In this document: positions 1 to 11,364 of the stretch, piece after piece | Layout: every line of letters begins with the position of its first letter | How positions within the stretch are numbered: position 1 is the stretch's first letter | Source: Puccinia triticina | Lineage: Eukaryota | NCBI GenBank assembly: GCA_026914245.1 | Contig: CP110439.1 | Span: forward strand, 4,340,001-4,404,000 | DNA: 64,000 nucleotides | Reading direction: 5' to 3' | The notes under the pieces: model-generated | The model's database searches: none | Told to the model about the DNA's origin: nothing | Seen by the model: the letters and a program-made list of their open reading frames with translations, nothing else | Program-made: the position numbers and the translations under genes

Positions 1-394
1 TTCAATGATTTGTGCACCTACAGTTATGATGCATCCAAACAGGCCTTGTACTTTTTGAAAGAAAACCCAACTTTGTTTGAATTGAAGATGATGGTTTAAG
101 TTAAGCTTCACAACTCCTTAATTATGGTTATTAATTACTAACACCCAGACAAAAAAAGAACACATCACACAATTCTGAATCTGAAAATGTGAAGACTTTC
201 TCACTCTGGAGGAATTAAAAGAGTTTTACACTATGGTTCAAAAAATAATTAATTAATGCATGACTTAGTGGCTCAATAGGACGGTTTGCGTAGGGATTTT
301 TTAACCCTGCTGATGTTATAAATCAGCAAGCCTTCCCAGCCAAATTGGCTGGGACCGTGGGATAAACTTTATTTCAGTCTTGCTGATTTTGGCC

Positions 395-1992
395 CTACAT
401 GAACCATCCTAATAGCTCAACAAAATTTGTAAAGTTATGAATAGCCAATTGGTAAAGACCATGCCAAGCACAAAACCAACTATGATAATACTCCTTATCT
501 GGAAAGTCTGTGGTGTGAACAAAATGAGAGAGTATAAGAACCATAGGAGTGTCTAAATGGGTTTTCAGTGTGGCAGCCATCTTCAAGAGCTGGGATCTAC
601 TTGTATCCACGTGTTCTTCATAGCCTGAACTTAGTTGAGAGTGGAATTTGTGGAGTTCATCCTTGACAATTACGATTGATCCGGCTAGAGATTCGATTTG
701 CACCGAACTCATCTTGGTAGAATATGGGAGAGCTTTTAAATTGATCCCGCGTCTAGAAATCTTGAGGAAAAAAATCTTGCACAGCTTCTTGATTGGTATT
801 GATAACTTGGCTAGCTTGAGGGCTGGTTCGCGGGAGACACTCCTTATACGCCGTAGGCCATTTATGCCTGGTATGGAAATGGGCATTTCCCATATTGTAT
901 CCATGGAGCGTAACTTTGCAGGCCAAAGATTTTGGGCAACATCGAGCTCAGATCCCCTTAGTATCATGATGGCCGAACCGATTGAACGCAACGCACATGG
1001 TATATATTCGTCGAGAGAATCTCTACTAACTCCACATGAAGATCTCCTAGACAATTTCTTGGATGATAGCTGTATTTCATGAATGAGTCGATATGCCCAA
1101 CGAGAAATTAGACACAATGTGCCCAAAAAACCCCCACCATAAGACTGGAATGCCCTTTTCAGGTGGCAGAGCCTGTAGGATTTTAAACTTCCAAGATGTT
1201 GATCATCGGCTCGATGTGGTGTACATAGCGATTCTGGATAGACACTGGTGATGATATGTTGAATTTGATCGGTGATGCGCTCGAGCTCTGATTGGATCTC
1301 GGAGATCAGTTGGAGTTTTGAGCCAGGTTCGTCCGTTATTTCTGAAGGGTTAAGTGCCAGTGAGAGAACGTTGATTTGGTGATGTAGGAGAGGTAGAAGG
1401 CTCGATTGTAGCCGATCTAACAGAAATTGCTTGGAATTGACATGATCATCAACAGAGACAGTCGAGATATTCGCATTTATCGATTGTTGAGGACGGTAAT
1501 CAATAATGGCGTTTCGAGAGTATTTGCTGATCAATTGTTTAAATCCCTGGACCACGCGATCTGCAGTGAAATAAAGAATTTTCAAGGCGTTAGTTGAAGT
1601 GTTACCAATGCAAAGCTTGATAATTTATGGGGAGAATAGGTCATACCTCCTTGGTGCCAATGCTGCTGATGTCTCAGATCGTCGGAATCGGATAGCTTAC
1701 TGCTGGAGTCGGATGATTTACTGCTGGAGTCGGACGATTCACTGCTGGACGATTCACTGCTGGACGATTCACTGCTAGACGATTCACTGCTGGACGATTC
1801 GCTGCTAGATTCGGACGATTCGCTGCTAGATTCGGACGATTCGCTGCTAGATTCGGACGATTCGCTGCTAGATTCGGACGATTCACTGCTCGAGTTGGAC
1901 GAGTCAATGCTCGAATTAGATGATTGACTACTGGGGTCGACCATTGGTTCACTGCTTGAATCGTGTGATTCGCTGCTTGATAAGTTGGCCAT
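395..1992 (-). CDS. Uncharacterised family paralogue 1; 2 exons (intron 1561-1646); Ser-rich N-terminus
   Basis: ATG at 1992 (MANLSSS...). GTATGA donor at 1646 and CTGCAG acceptor at 1561 give QG|DRVVQGF, joining the 395-1585 ORF. Shares motifs DDQHL..LKSYRL, GSELDVA and YY..WF..W with the other four paralogues. Confidence 0.8.
1730..1895. repeat. 15/21-bp coding tandem repeats (GGACGATTCGCTGCTAGATTC-type) encoding Ser/Glu runs
   Basis: Direct repeats visible; minus strand translates as SSESSESSS. Confidence 0.9.
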
Positions 1993-2222
1993 CTTCTTTG
2001 GTGTTTCCTGTCCTCGTGTCAAGGTGGGACCGCGAGGGACTCCTGAGCCCGAGGGGCCGAGGCCCGTGCCGGACCCAGCCGGGCCTGTTAACTTCTTTAA
2101 CCTCACCAGTTGTGTACATAGGCTCGGCTGAAACCGGGCAGAAACACTCCAACACGGGCATGATCAATCAATGCGAAAGAAGGCTGAGCGAGATGTCCTT
2201 CCTCCCAGTCAACCGTTTTCCA

Positions 2223-3598
2223 ATGTTTGGGACCATAAACAGGGATCCGGAACATGAGCGGGTTTGGAAACAAGGAGGTAAGTGGGATGATTCTTAATTC
2301 CAGCCTTCGTTCTTTAACAGCACCTCGACTAACTAACCTGTTGGATCGAACTGTAAATAGACTCCGTTATCCAAAACTTTCGAAGGATGGTTAGCAAGTA
2401 CGATGAGGCCGCCGATCGGCGCCTTGAGTACCAGCCCCGTCAAGTAGATCCAGTGAAGTTCACAATCGACGAGCTGACCCGGAACGAAAAAATCTTGGAC
2501 CACCTGCAGTCGACCCTCCTGCCTAGCTTACAGTTTCAAACCATCAAGCTATTCAAATTACTAAACCCATTGGGCTTGCAGCAAGAACTAGAGTCAAAAA
2601 TCCAGCTTATCTCTCAAACCCAATTGAACGTCGAAAAATATATAGATAGGTTGAAAAGTTGGATCGTTCAAGTCTGCCCAGGACGCTTGGATCGATCGTA
2701 CCCATCCAATGACCATCACTACAAACGATTAAAATCATTCCGGCTTTCTAGTTTGAAGAAGTATATCTTTGAGGCCTCTCAAGACATGAGTCGAAGCTGT
2801 CGGGTAGCCTCTGAGATCCTCAACCGCGCGAAAGACTCGACAGAACCACCTAGTCAGCAGACGAAAAAAACGTATCATCAGGGAGTATTGTTAGCCCATA
2901 AGGCAATTAGATCGTTCCAGGCGACTATTGAATGCATCAAAGGATCTGAATTAGATGTCGCTGAGAAGAGTTGGCAATCACGTTTGATGAGTATCGACAA
3001 CAGCTTACGGAACATCGTATGCTTAGTCACCCCTGTAACAAACTCTAGTCCAAACGATACTCATCGTCGCTGTAGAAAAAACTTCACCAACGAATCAGTC
3101 ATCGACCTCGCTAAATCGGCAATAACATTGATCAAGGTCCATAAACTATTCTTTGTCAAGTTCTTCTCCAGACGCGGGGCGATTAGGAGAAGTATCCCAT
3201 GCTTCACAGAGTTGTGTTCGGATCAAATCGGATCTATAGTTCGATCGTTCGAAGACGTTGCTGAGGAGATCCATGGACTCGTTGAACGCTTTAAAGAGGC
3301 TGATAAGATTGGCGACCATATCACTAACGACAGTCTGCGCCTAACAGCTGCCCGTCTCAAAGCTCGTTTCGATGCTCCTATGGTTCTCCTACTCCTTTAT
3401 CTCATTCCTCTGATCCCCGATATCGCCACTCAAAATGATTACAGAGATTGGTTGCTTACTTGGAACACTCAGCGTAACTTAGCCTCCGAGAACTACATCA
3501 ACATTTCCAGGTCACTAGTTGACCGCGAGTCCGACGGTCAGGAGTCCGACGACGACGACTACGAATACCACTCTTCCGACTCCTACGAGACATATTAA
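2223..3598 (+). CDS. Uncharacterised family paralogue 2; 2 exons (intron 2278-2360); acidic C-terminal tail
   Basis: GTAAGT at 2278 and TAG at 2360 give WKQG|DSVIQNF into ORF 2387-3598. Start uncertain (ATG 2223 or upstream in-frame ATGs). Confidence 0.8.
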
Positions 3599-4631
3599 TT
3601 AAACCCAGAAAAAACACCCTTCCCCACCAAAATGTTACAATTTTTTTACATTCCCTCATTACTTTGAATTAGCAAAATTATTTTTCCTGTCCTTTTTTTT
3701 GATGTACTCGTTCAGCTCCAGACTATTTAAAACAGGCGTGATTGGATAGGTTCGATATTCCTACAGACTCCCTTGTTATACATTTAGCGTGATGACGGGT
3801 ATCGAAATTGTCAGCAAAATCTAAATGTTAGTTTAAATGAAATATCCTTCAAGTTTTACCCTGAAAGTTGCAATCCAATGATACAAAGAAATTAGCTATT
3901 AAAGCCAAAATATCTGGCAGTGGCACCGCAGAAGAGCTGTGACACAAGCACACATTGATTTGTGTACACTGACATAGTCCAGCAGAGTTGTATGTAACCT
4001 TTGTGTGTTGGACAGCTGGATTTCAGCAGCATATCTACTATAGGGGGTTTCAAAGTTGAGGCCAGGGCAGTGATACTTCAACACACCTATGCTGCCATAT
4101 GCTGTGCTACATCACTTTTAGTGGCATTTATAGGCTTTTTCCTGCTAAAAATATGTACTGGGGCCAAAGCAGTTTAAAATTGCTGGCACCCTTGTGCCTT
4201 GGGATTTAACATCAGGGGATTTGATCTGAAAGAGACAAAATAAAATTGAATATGTATGCAAATCTTGATATTTGGGCCCATCAAATTTATGATGGATTAT
4301 TTAATTGGGTACTGATGCAACCAGATGAAATCCTGGGCATTGGATTGTAGAGGATCTCAAAGTAGACTTGGGTACCTGTTAGCATCTGGTTATCCCCCCC
4401 TGTGTTTTTGGCCAAAGTGGGTACCAAGTACTGCATATGGCACCACGTAGCATGTTTTTAGCCTTAGAGCCAGCGCAGCTGGCCTAACATCTAAATTCCC
4501 TTATATCTTTTTCACCTTAATGCTTAACATTGATTGAACTTCAGATTATGTTTCCCTGTTTCCTCATGCAATTTTAACCTCATTTATAACTTACCACTTT
4601 TCAATAACTCTACTCCTTCATAGAGTTCTTG

Positions 4632-4925
4632 CAACACTGGGTCAGCTACGCTATCATTAGAAACAGCACAGCCTAGTGTAGCTTAATTCAGCTAAACCTA
4701 ACAAGGCTCCCTGTTATCTGTTAGCGGATTGAATCTAGCACTAACCACTGGAAAACAGAAACTAAGCCCACTACGCTGTGTTATGCCACTTTTTAGCAGG
4801 TTTTTCCGCTGAAATTGGCATAACTTAGCGCTGCTAACGCTATGGCTGCAGCAGCTAAAGCTAAAAGGCGCTACACTATTGAATGGGGGCCATTTAGTGC
4901 ATTTTAGCGTAGCGGCCCACCATTG
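4632..4925. mobile_element. ~290 bp MITE with TGGGTCAGCTACGCTA-type terminal inverted repeats
   Basis: Left CAACACTGGGTCAGCTACGCTA vs right TAGCGTAGCGGCCCACCATTG; GTTCTTG on both flanks; related sequence at 43717-44015 and ~35940-36170. Confidence 0.6.
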
Positions 4926-5161
4926 GTTCTTGAGTTGTGGTGTGCATGTGCAGCAGTGATGTGTAAGTGCTACCAGGCGTGCCAACCACATGTACATGTG
5001 TAATTACATAAGCAAACTGTGAAAATTTAAGTCAGGATCCCCTTGAATCAGGAGGATACACAGACTTCAGACAATCAGAACCACACCCCCAGATAACCCA
5101 GGATCACCCCTCAGAGGATACCACACTCCCAGTATACCTACCGTCACAGGTGCTTAGCATA

Positions 5162-5363
5162 TGTTATGAGCTGTAGCGCGGGCTCCACAGCGCAGACTCA
5201 CATGTACATAGACTACACGTACATGTCATGGACCATACTCAAGGTTTGAGAGGCTGGAGATCCAAGCCTCTTCCTCATCCTGCAATCTACCATCTTGGAT
5301 CCAGAACCCCCAGAACCCCAGAACCCAGACCCCATCTTCCTCTCCACAGAACAGACCTTAACA
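5162..5363 (+). repeat. 5' LTR of element A
   Basis: TGTTATGAG...CCTTAACA, repeated at 21935-22136. Confidence 0.95.
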
Positions 5364-5441
5364 TATTGCAGGATCTACTTAATGGAGACAAAGACCAAGA
5401 ACCTCAACAGACCAACAAGAACCAGATCGCTCCGACTCCAA

Positions 5442-5540
5442 AACCTTGAACATCCCGACTCTGAAACCTTGAACATCCCGACTCTGAAACCTTGAATATC
5501 CCGCAATCCACTCCTAGAAACCTTGAATATCCCGCTCTGA
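5442..5540 (+). repeat. ~23-bp tandem repeat (AACCTTGAAYATCCCG...) in the element A leader
   Basis: Four related copies visible. Confidence 0.8.
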
Positions 5541-5557
5541 CATCACACTGCAATACA

Positions 5558-6544
5558 ATGGATACCTCCAAAGCCGCTAAACTCCGACAACAACTGGCGG
5601 ACATTACTAAGAAGGCCAACAACAAGGAGGAAAAACGCCGCCAGGCCAAGGCCAAGTTGGAGGACGCACTCCGCACTCCAAATCCACCCCCTCCCCCAAC
5701 CGCAACCAAGACACCCAAGATCACTCAACCCAACAAGTTCAATGGAGAACGCGGAGCGGTGGCGGAGACGTTTGCCCGCCAGGTTGGCATCTATATGACT
5801 GTGAACAAGCACTTGTTCCCAACCGACACGACACGAATCCTTTTTGTGTCCTCGTACATGACCGGACCCGCGGGCGTGTGGGCAGCCCCGTTCCTTGACC
5901 AGGCAGCAGTGGAACCACCCACCCTGACCTACGCGGAGTTCACAACGGCCTTCTGGGGCATGTTTTTTGACCCGGAAAAGAAGGCAAAGGTGGAACGAGC
6001 CTTCCGAGCGCTGAAGCAGACCGGTTCTGTGGCGGACTACACCCACACCTTTGTCCAGCACGCCTCCACAGCGGGATGGGAAATCCCCACCCTCCTCAGC
6101 CAGTACCGCCAAGGTCTGAAGCGGGACATCCAGATGGCGCTCATTGTTTCCCGCACCGCATTCACAACCATTAATGAGGTTGCTACCTTGGCCCTGTAGC
6201 TTGACACGGCGATGAGCGGAGCGGAGGCCGGAACAGCGCCGGCTAAACAGAAGATGGACCCCGACGCCATGGACCTATCGGCGTTAAACGGATGACTATC
6301 CGACTCCGAGAAGGCCCGGATGATGCGGGAAGGACTCTGTTTCCGATGCGGAGCGCAGGGCCACATCTCCCGCAACTGTCCAACCAAGAAGGGAAAAGGC
6401 CGCGGAAACGCCAGGATTGCGGCAATGGAGGATCAGATCCGACAATTAGTGGAAGGGATGGCGGCGATAGGCGGAGGCGGACCAGCGGATAAAGGCGGAA
6501 AAGGCCGGGCCGACTCGTCAAAAAATGGAGGCGCTCAGGAATGA
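5558..6544 (+). pseudogene. gag: Element A gag with CCHC zinc knuckle and two premature stops
   Basis: PNKFNGERG gag motif; CFRCGAQGHISRNC; in-frame TAG 6197 and TGA 6293. Confidence 0.9.
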
Positions 6545-7987
6545 AGGTTGTGCCTTTCCTGAGCGCGGCGGAGTTGTCTTGTAGTATTGGTGCTAGTCAA
6601 ACTTTAACCAGAAATGAAATTGACCCCAGATGTTTCATCTCTCGCACCATCACAACTCCCAGAGCCACACCCCAGAACCCCTTACCCCCTGCCTCCTTTT
6701 TGATTGATTCCGGAGCAACCCATGATGTGTTGAGCGAGTCCTATGCCGCCGCGGCGGGATTACTCCGCAACGCCACCGCCTTAAGGCGGACAGTGTCGGG
6801 ATTCGATGGATCCACATCCCAAGCGGCATATGAAATCGACCTGACCCTGAATGAAGAACCCCGCCCTTCAAAATTCATCATCACCCAACTGAAAGACACG
6901 TACAACGGCATCCTTGGGATGCCATGGATCCGCAAACACGGACACCAAATTGACTGGACCACCCGCACACTCCGCTCCGACCACTCCGACATTGCAGCTG
7001 CCTCCGCAGCTTCGTCCACTCCAAAAACATCCTCAACAGAGGGCCAAGGGCCCACGATGGGGAAAGCTAGGATTTGTGACAAGGGGGTGTGTGTTTTACC
7101 GCCCCCGCAATGTGAGTTTGATAGACTACCCTCTTCCATACTCCCTGAAACGGCTGGCAAGCTTTTTGTCCCCGTAGATAGTACTCCGCACCCCGACTGG
7201 AATCCCGCCCCCCCGCAGCTGGAATGGAACCCCGCCAACCCCGCCGACAATTTTGCTGCCGCTTTGGTGGTATCGTCCACTCCGCAAACATCCTCAACAG
7301 AGGGCCAAGGGCCCATGATGGGGAAAGCTAGGATTTGTGACAAAGGGGTGTGTATTTTACCGCCCCCGCAATGTGAGTCCGATAAAGTTTCTCCGCAATC
7401 ATTTTCTGAAGCAGCTGGCAAGCCCCTTTCTCTCCTAGAACTGTACACTGCAGAGATTAGCGCCGCCAAGACATTGTGGTCGACCTCCGCCCAGCTAGCA
7501 GCGGCGGGAAAGGCCGCTATTGCAACACAGACCGTCGAGGAACTTGTCCCGCAGTGCTACCATTGATTCATCGACATGTTCCGGAAATCCAGCGCTAAGA
7601 GCCTACCGCCACCAAGAAAGTATGACTTCTGTGTTGACCTAGTCCCAGGAGCCACACCGCAAGCAAGCCGGATCATTCCGCTTTCACCGGCGGAGAAACA
7701 GGCACTCGACACACTGATTGCGGAAGGACTGGCCAGCGGAACAATCCGGCGGACCACGTCACCATGGGCGGCCCCAGTTCTATTCACCGGAAAGAAGGAC
7801 GGAAACCTTTGCCCCTGTTTTGACTACCGAAAACTCAACGCACTGACAGTGAAGAACCGCTACCCCCTTCCGCTGACCATGGACCTGGTTGACAGCCTGC
7901 TAGACGCCGACAACTTCACAAAGCTGGACCTCCGCAACGCCTACGGAAACCTCCAAGTGGCGGAGGGAGATGAGGATAAGCTAGCGT

Positions 7988-8901
7988 TGTGGTGGCCCCT
8001 CTCGTGGCCAGCTAGTCAGGAACATCTCCGCCGCCAGCAAGATCATCAAGACTCAACTTCCCTCTCACGCTTCAAGACTCAAGAATCCACCGTCAAACCT
8101 CAAGATCCCTCTCCATCACCTTCTTACTTTCAACTGGCTCTATCTTCAAGATCTTCCCCTCCCCCTTCTCTCTTTCTACTCCCCCCTTTTCAACACTTTT
8201 TTCCCATTTCCTTTCTTTCTCAGTTTCCCAGCCTCTTCATCTTTCTTGGTCCTAACACAGCACCTGCTGTGGGTTTATTTCCTTGTTTGTTTCTGGCTTC
8301 TTTTCTTTCTGTTTGGTTTGTCTGGTTTGAGTGTTTTCTGGCTTTTCCTTTCTTGCTGCTTTTCCTTCTTCTCCATGCCTCTTTTCCTTCTATCTCATCT
8401 CACTGTGATTTCCTCATTTCTTTGTGTTGTGTTTCCTTTTCCTGCTTCTGTTGCTTGTTGTGTGTGTGTGCGCGCGTAGCGCGCGGAGGAGATGATGAAA
8501 TATACGTGACATGTGGCTCTCCCGGAGTCCAAGTTCGCCGAACTTGGATGATGGGAGAGGCATGGCATTCTGATCCCCAGAATACGGACCATCAAGAGTA
8601 TATCGATCATATCTTCAGAGTTCAAACCTTCGAGCTCAGCTCGCCGATCTTTCTTCATCTAGAGTTTTCGCAATCCCCCTTCTTTCTCTTCGTTAAGATC
8701 ACCTCCTACCCCCCCTTCAACAACAACAAACAACCGCCGCCGAGGATCCAGACCCCGGCGAACCTCTCAAAACCACCTAACCCCAAAGCTATCACCGATC
8801 TCATCCGCGCTCACCTTCACGGACCATCACCTCGAGGGCAGCCTAAACAGCAAACATCCCCTCAACCGACTGCCACCGCTAGTACGGACAGGAGTCCCTC
8901 A
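7988..8901 (+). repeat. 5' LTR of element B
   Basis: TGTGGTGGCC...GTCCCTCA, duplicated at 15870-16783. Confidence 0.97.
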
Positions 8902-8903
8902 TT

Positions 8904-8951
8904 TGGTCCCCCGAGCCGGGATCGAACCAGCGACCTCAAGATTTACAGTCT
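8904..8951 (+). promoter_or_regulatory. Extended primer-binding site complementary to the 3' 48 nt of mature tRNA-Tyr(GTA)
   Basis: Reverse complement AGACTGTAAATCT-TGAGGTC-GCTGGTTCGATCCCGGC-TCGGGGGA-CCA corresponds to anticodon arm, variable loop, T arm, acceptor strand and CCA. Confidence 0.88.
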
Positions 8952-9192
8952 CGGACTGTGGTTTTGAGGCCGTTTGGCGGTTATAATTTGCCATATTTTC
9001 TTTCGGATCCCTTTTTCTTTTTTTTCTTTTTTTTTTTTTTTTTGGTGTTCAGCAGCGGGGCATAGGAGAGGTAGAAGTAAGTCCCCTCCAACTCAGTTGC
9101 ACCTCAGAGGTTTCTACATTGTCAAAACAACCTAGCCACTCCGTGAGCCATCCTCGATATCCGATCTTTTTTTCCCATAGGCTCTGTTTACG

Positions 9193-11364
9193 ATGGCCGA
9201 CCTCAACCCCGATCCCCCTCGCGGGAGGATGATCAAGATCAAGCCGCAAGACAAGAGCTTGAAGTTTGCGGGCTCCGACGTGGAGCAATTCCTGGACGAC
9301 TACGAGCTCGCGGCGGAGCTGGATGGGGCGTCGGACTATGACAAGGCCCGCCAGATCGGGGCCTTTGTGGAGACGGGAGAGACGAGAACAATCCTCGCAA
9401 CTCTCGATGGTTACAAGCCTCCCGACTGGACCAAACTCAAAGCGGCGATGCTGAGTTACTGGGTCGATGTCGACAAAGCGTTGTTTACCGAAAGGGACAT
9501 CACTAGTCTGGTCGACTCTTGGGTGAAAAAGGGCGGGGTGTCGTCGTTATCGGATTACCACGGGTTCCGCAAGGCCTGGGATCCAATTCAGGCCTACTTG
9601 GTATCTAAGGGTCACGTCGATTCGGCTGAGGAGCTCAAGAAGGCGTTCTATCAGGCGTTCTCTGAGGGTTTCCAGGGCCGGATCCGAGATCAAATGATCA
9701 AGGACAATACTTTGGTGGTCACAACTGACAATCGCGCACGGCTTCCGGCTTTTGCGGTACTTCGCGCCGCAATTGATACTGTCATGAAGGGTCAAATTTC
9801 ACTCACATTCGAAGACACTCGATCGGCAGCCCCCGTCTCGTCGCCCTTTCAGGAGGCGAACGAAATCATGAAGAAGATGGGGTCCGAAAAGCGCCCCACA
9901 GCATCCTCTTCCGACTCTAAGCCTGAAGCCTCCGTGGACGAACTCACGAGGATGTTCAAGGCTTTTGAACAGTACATGAAGCAGGGGGGCGGAAAATCGG
10001 GAACATCGGCCGACCGTGGGCCAATGATTTGCTACTACTGTCACCGCGAAAATCACGGGACCTTGCGCTGCGCCGAGCTGCAGAAAGATCAGGACGCAGG
10101 GCTAGTTGAGAAGAAGGGCAACAACTTCTTTTTGCCCAACGGGGCGCTCATCCCGTTCGATCGTACTCGCCCAATCCGCCACGTAGTGGCGTCGTTTCAA
10201 CCGAATCAGTCGTCGAGCTCTCGTCCCCAGTCTCCTGGACCACGTTCGTCGACTCACTCCGCCTCTGTGGAGTTCAAGGCCAGCTGCGGGTCTCTAGAGC
10301 AGTGGTACCCCCCAGCGGTTTCATCCCAATCATTCTCGGGCAGTTACGAGTCGGAAGCAGCTGGGAAGAAGCGGCACGAGGAGTCTAGGCCGTATAAGGC
10401 TCCTTTGGCACCGCCCTCTCAGGTAAAACGACAGCTACGGAAGCCGGCGACTGCTCCTAGCGGTCCCAGCGAGTCGGAACCAGCGGAAGAGCAGGAGCTT
10501 TTCGATCGGATCATGAACGATCCCGATCCCAGGTCTTCTACGCCAAAAGGCACTCCCAGCAGGCCAGCAACGCCGCCTAAAGTCACGAGCTCTCAACCCA
10601 AGGTCCGTTTCGAGCGAGACGTCTCACGAGACCATCCGGACGCTGTCGAGGGTTTCGTCAAGAAGATTTTTGACCTCCCAGTTTCGACAACTGTTGCTGA
10701 GATTTGCTCAGTTTCCCCGGCAGTATCAGACGGTGTTAAGAAATGGGTCTCACGGCGCCGCGTGGAGGTGGGCCCAGAAGAACTGAAAGTGCACTCGGGC
10801 ACTTTGGCGGAAGGCCGGGAGTTTAGAGAATCGGAGGTGAACCCCTGTCTCTACTCCTGCCCACTGGGCTATCTCACTTGTCTTATCGGAGCAGGGGAGA
10901 GCGCGGGCTCTCCGCTGATCGACTCGGGTTCGCAGCTGAATATCATATCCGACAGTATGGCGAATCAATTCAACTTGACGCCGCGCGTCAACTTCAGCTC
11001 TGCGGTCTACGGCATCAACAACCAGGCCTGCGAGTTGATTGGGGTTGCTGAGGACGTTCCGGTTCGAGTGGGCAAGAGCATCGTGGGCTACTGCCACTTC
11101 TGGATTACCCGTCAAGACAGCCCTTTCATCCTAGGCCGGCCGTTCCTTATGGATTTCGAGGCAACGCTCTTGTTCTCTCCCACGGCAGGAGAGCGGATCA
11201 TCCTCCCCGATTCTGAAGGACGGAACATTGAGTTCTCGCTCTGTCCCATCGAAAAAGGCCGGTGGGAGCGGGAATTTCCGGCACACGGGCGAAAGGCTGT
11301 TCTCACTCACTGCGGGCGCGTCATGGAGTTGCCCGAGGGGGAGGAGCATCTCTCTTTTTTATGA
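9193..11364 (+). CDS. gag: Element B Gag-protease polyprotein
   Basis: 723 aa ORF; CYYCHRENHGTLRC knuckle; LIDSGSQLN and ILGRPF aspartic protease motifs. Confidence 0.92.
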   Translation: MADLNPDPPRGRMIKIKPQDKSLKFAGSDVEQFLDDYELAAELDGASDYDKARQIGAFVETGETRTILATLDGYKPPDWTKLKAAMLSYWVDVDKALFTERDITSLVDSWVKKGGVSSLSDYHGFRKAWDPIQAYLVSKGHVDSAEELKKAFYQAFSEGFQGRIRDQMIKDNTLVVTTDNRARLPAFAVLRAAIDTVMKGQISLTFEDTRSAAPVSSPFQEANEIMKKMGSEKRPTASSSDSKPEASVDELTRMFKAFEQYMKQGGGKSGTSADRGPMICYYCHRENHGTLRCAELQKDQDAGLVEKKGNNFFLPNGALIPFDRTRPIRHVVASFQPNQSSSSRPQSPGPRSSTHSASVEFKASCGSLEQWYPPAVSSQSFSGSYESEAAGKKRHEESRPYKAPLAPPSQVKRQLRKPATAPSGPSESEPAEEQELFDRIMNDPDPRSSTPKGTPSRPATPPKVTSSQPKVRFERDVSRDHPDAVEGFVKKIFDLPVSTTVAEICSVSPAVSDGVKKWVSRRRVEVGPEELKVHSGTLAEGREFRESEVNPCLYSCPLGYLTCLIGAGESAGSPLIDSGSQLNIISDSMANQFNLTPRVNFSSAVYGINNQACELIGVAEDVPVRVGKSIVGYCHFWITRQDSPFILGRPFLMDFEATLLFSPTAGERIILPDSEGRNIEFSLCPIEKGRWEREFPAHGRKAVLTHCGRVMELPEGEEHLSFL

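Noticed and set aside
7077..7112. Hammerhead-like core (TGACAAG-stem-CGCAA)
   Set aside because: Departs from CUGANGA/GAAA at invariant positions, and no stem I/III with an NUH site was found.
8904..8951. tRNA-Tyr gene on the minus strand
   Set aside because: Lacks the 5' acceptor strand and D arm, encodes CCA and abuts an LTR; it is a PBS.
7988..8967. Long hydrophobic ORF through the element B LTRs (ORFs 7576-8967 and 15758-17101), fused to element A RT
   Set aside because: Chimeric read-through of a pyrimidine-rich LTR. The in-frame fusion (914+4 bp) is probably coincidental and no domain is recognisable.
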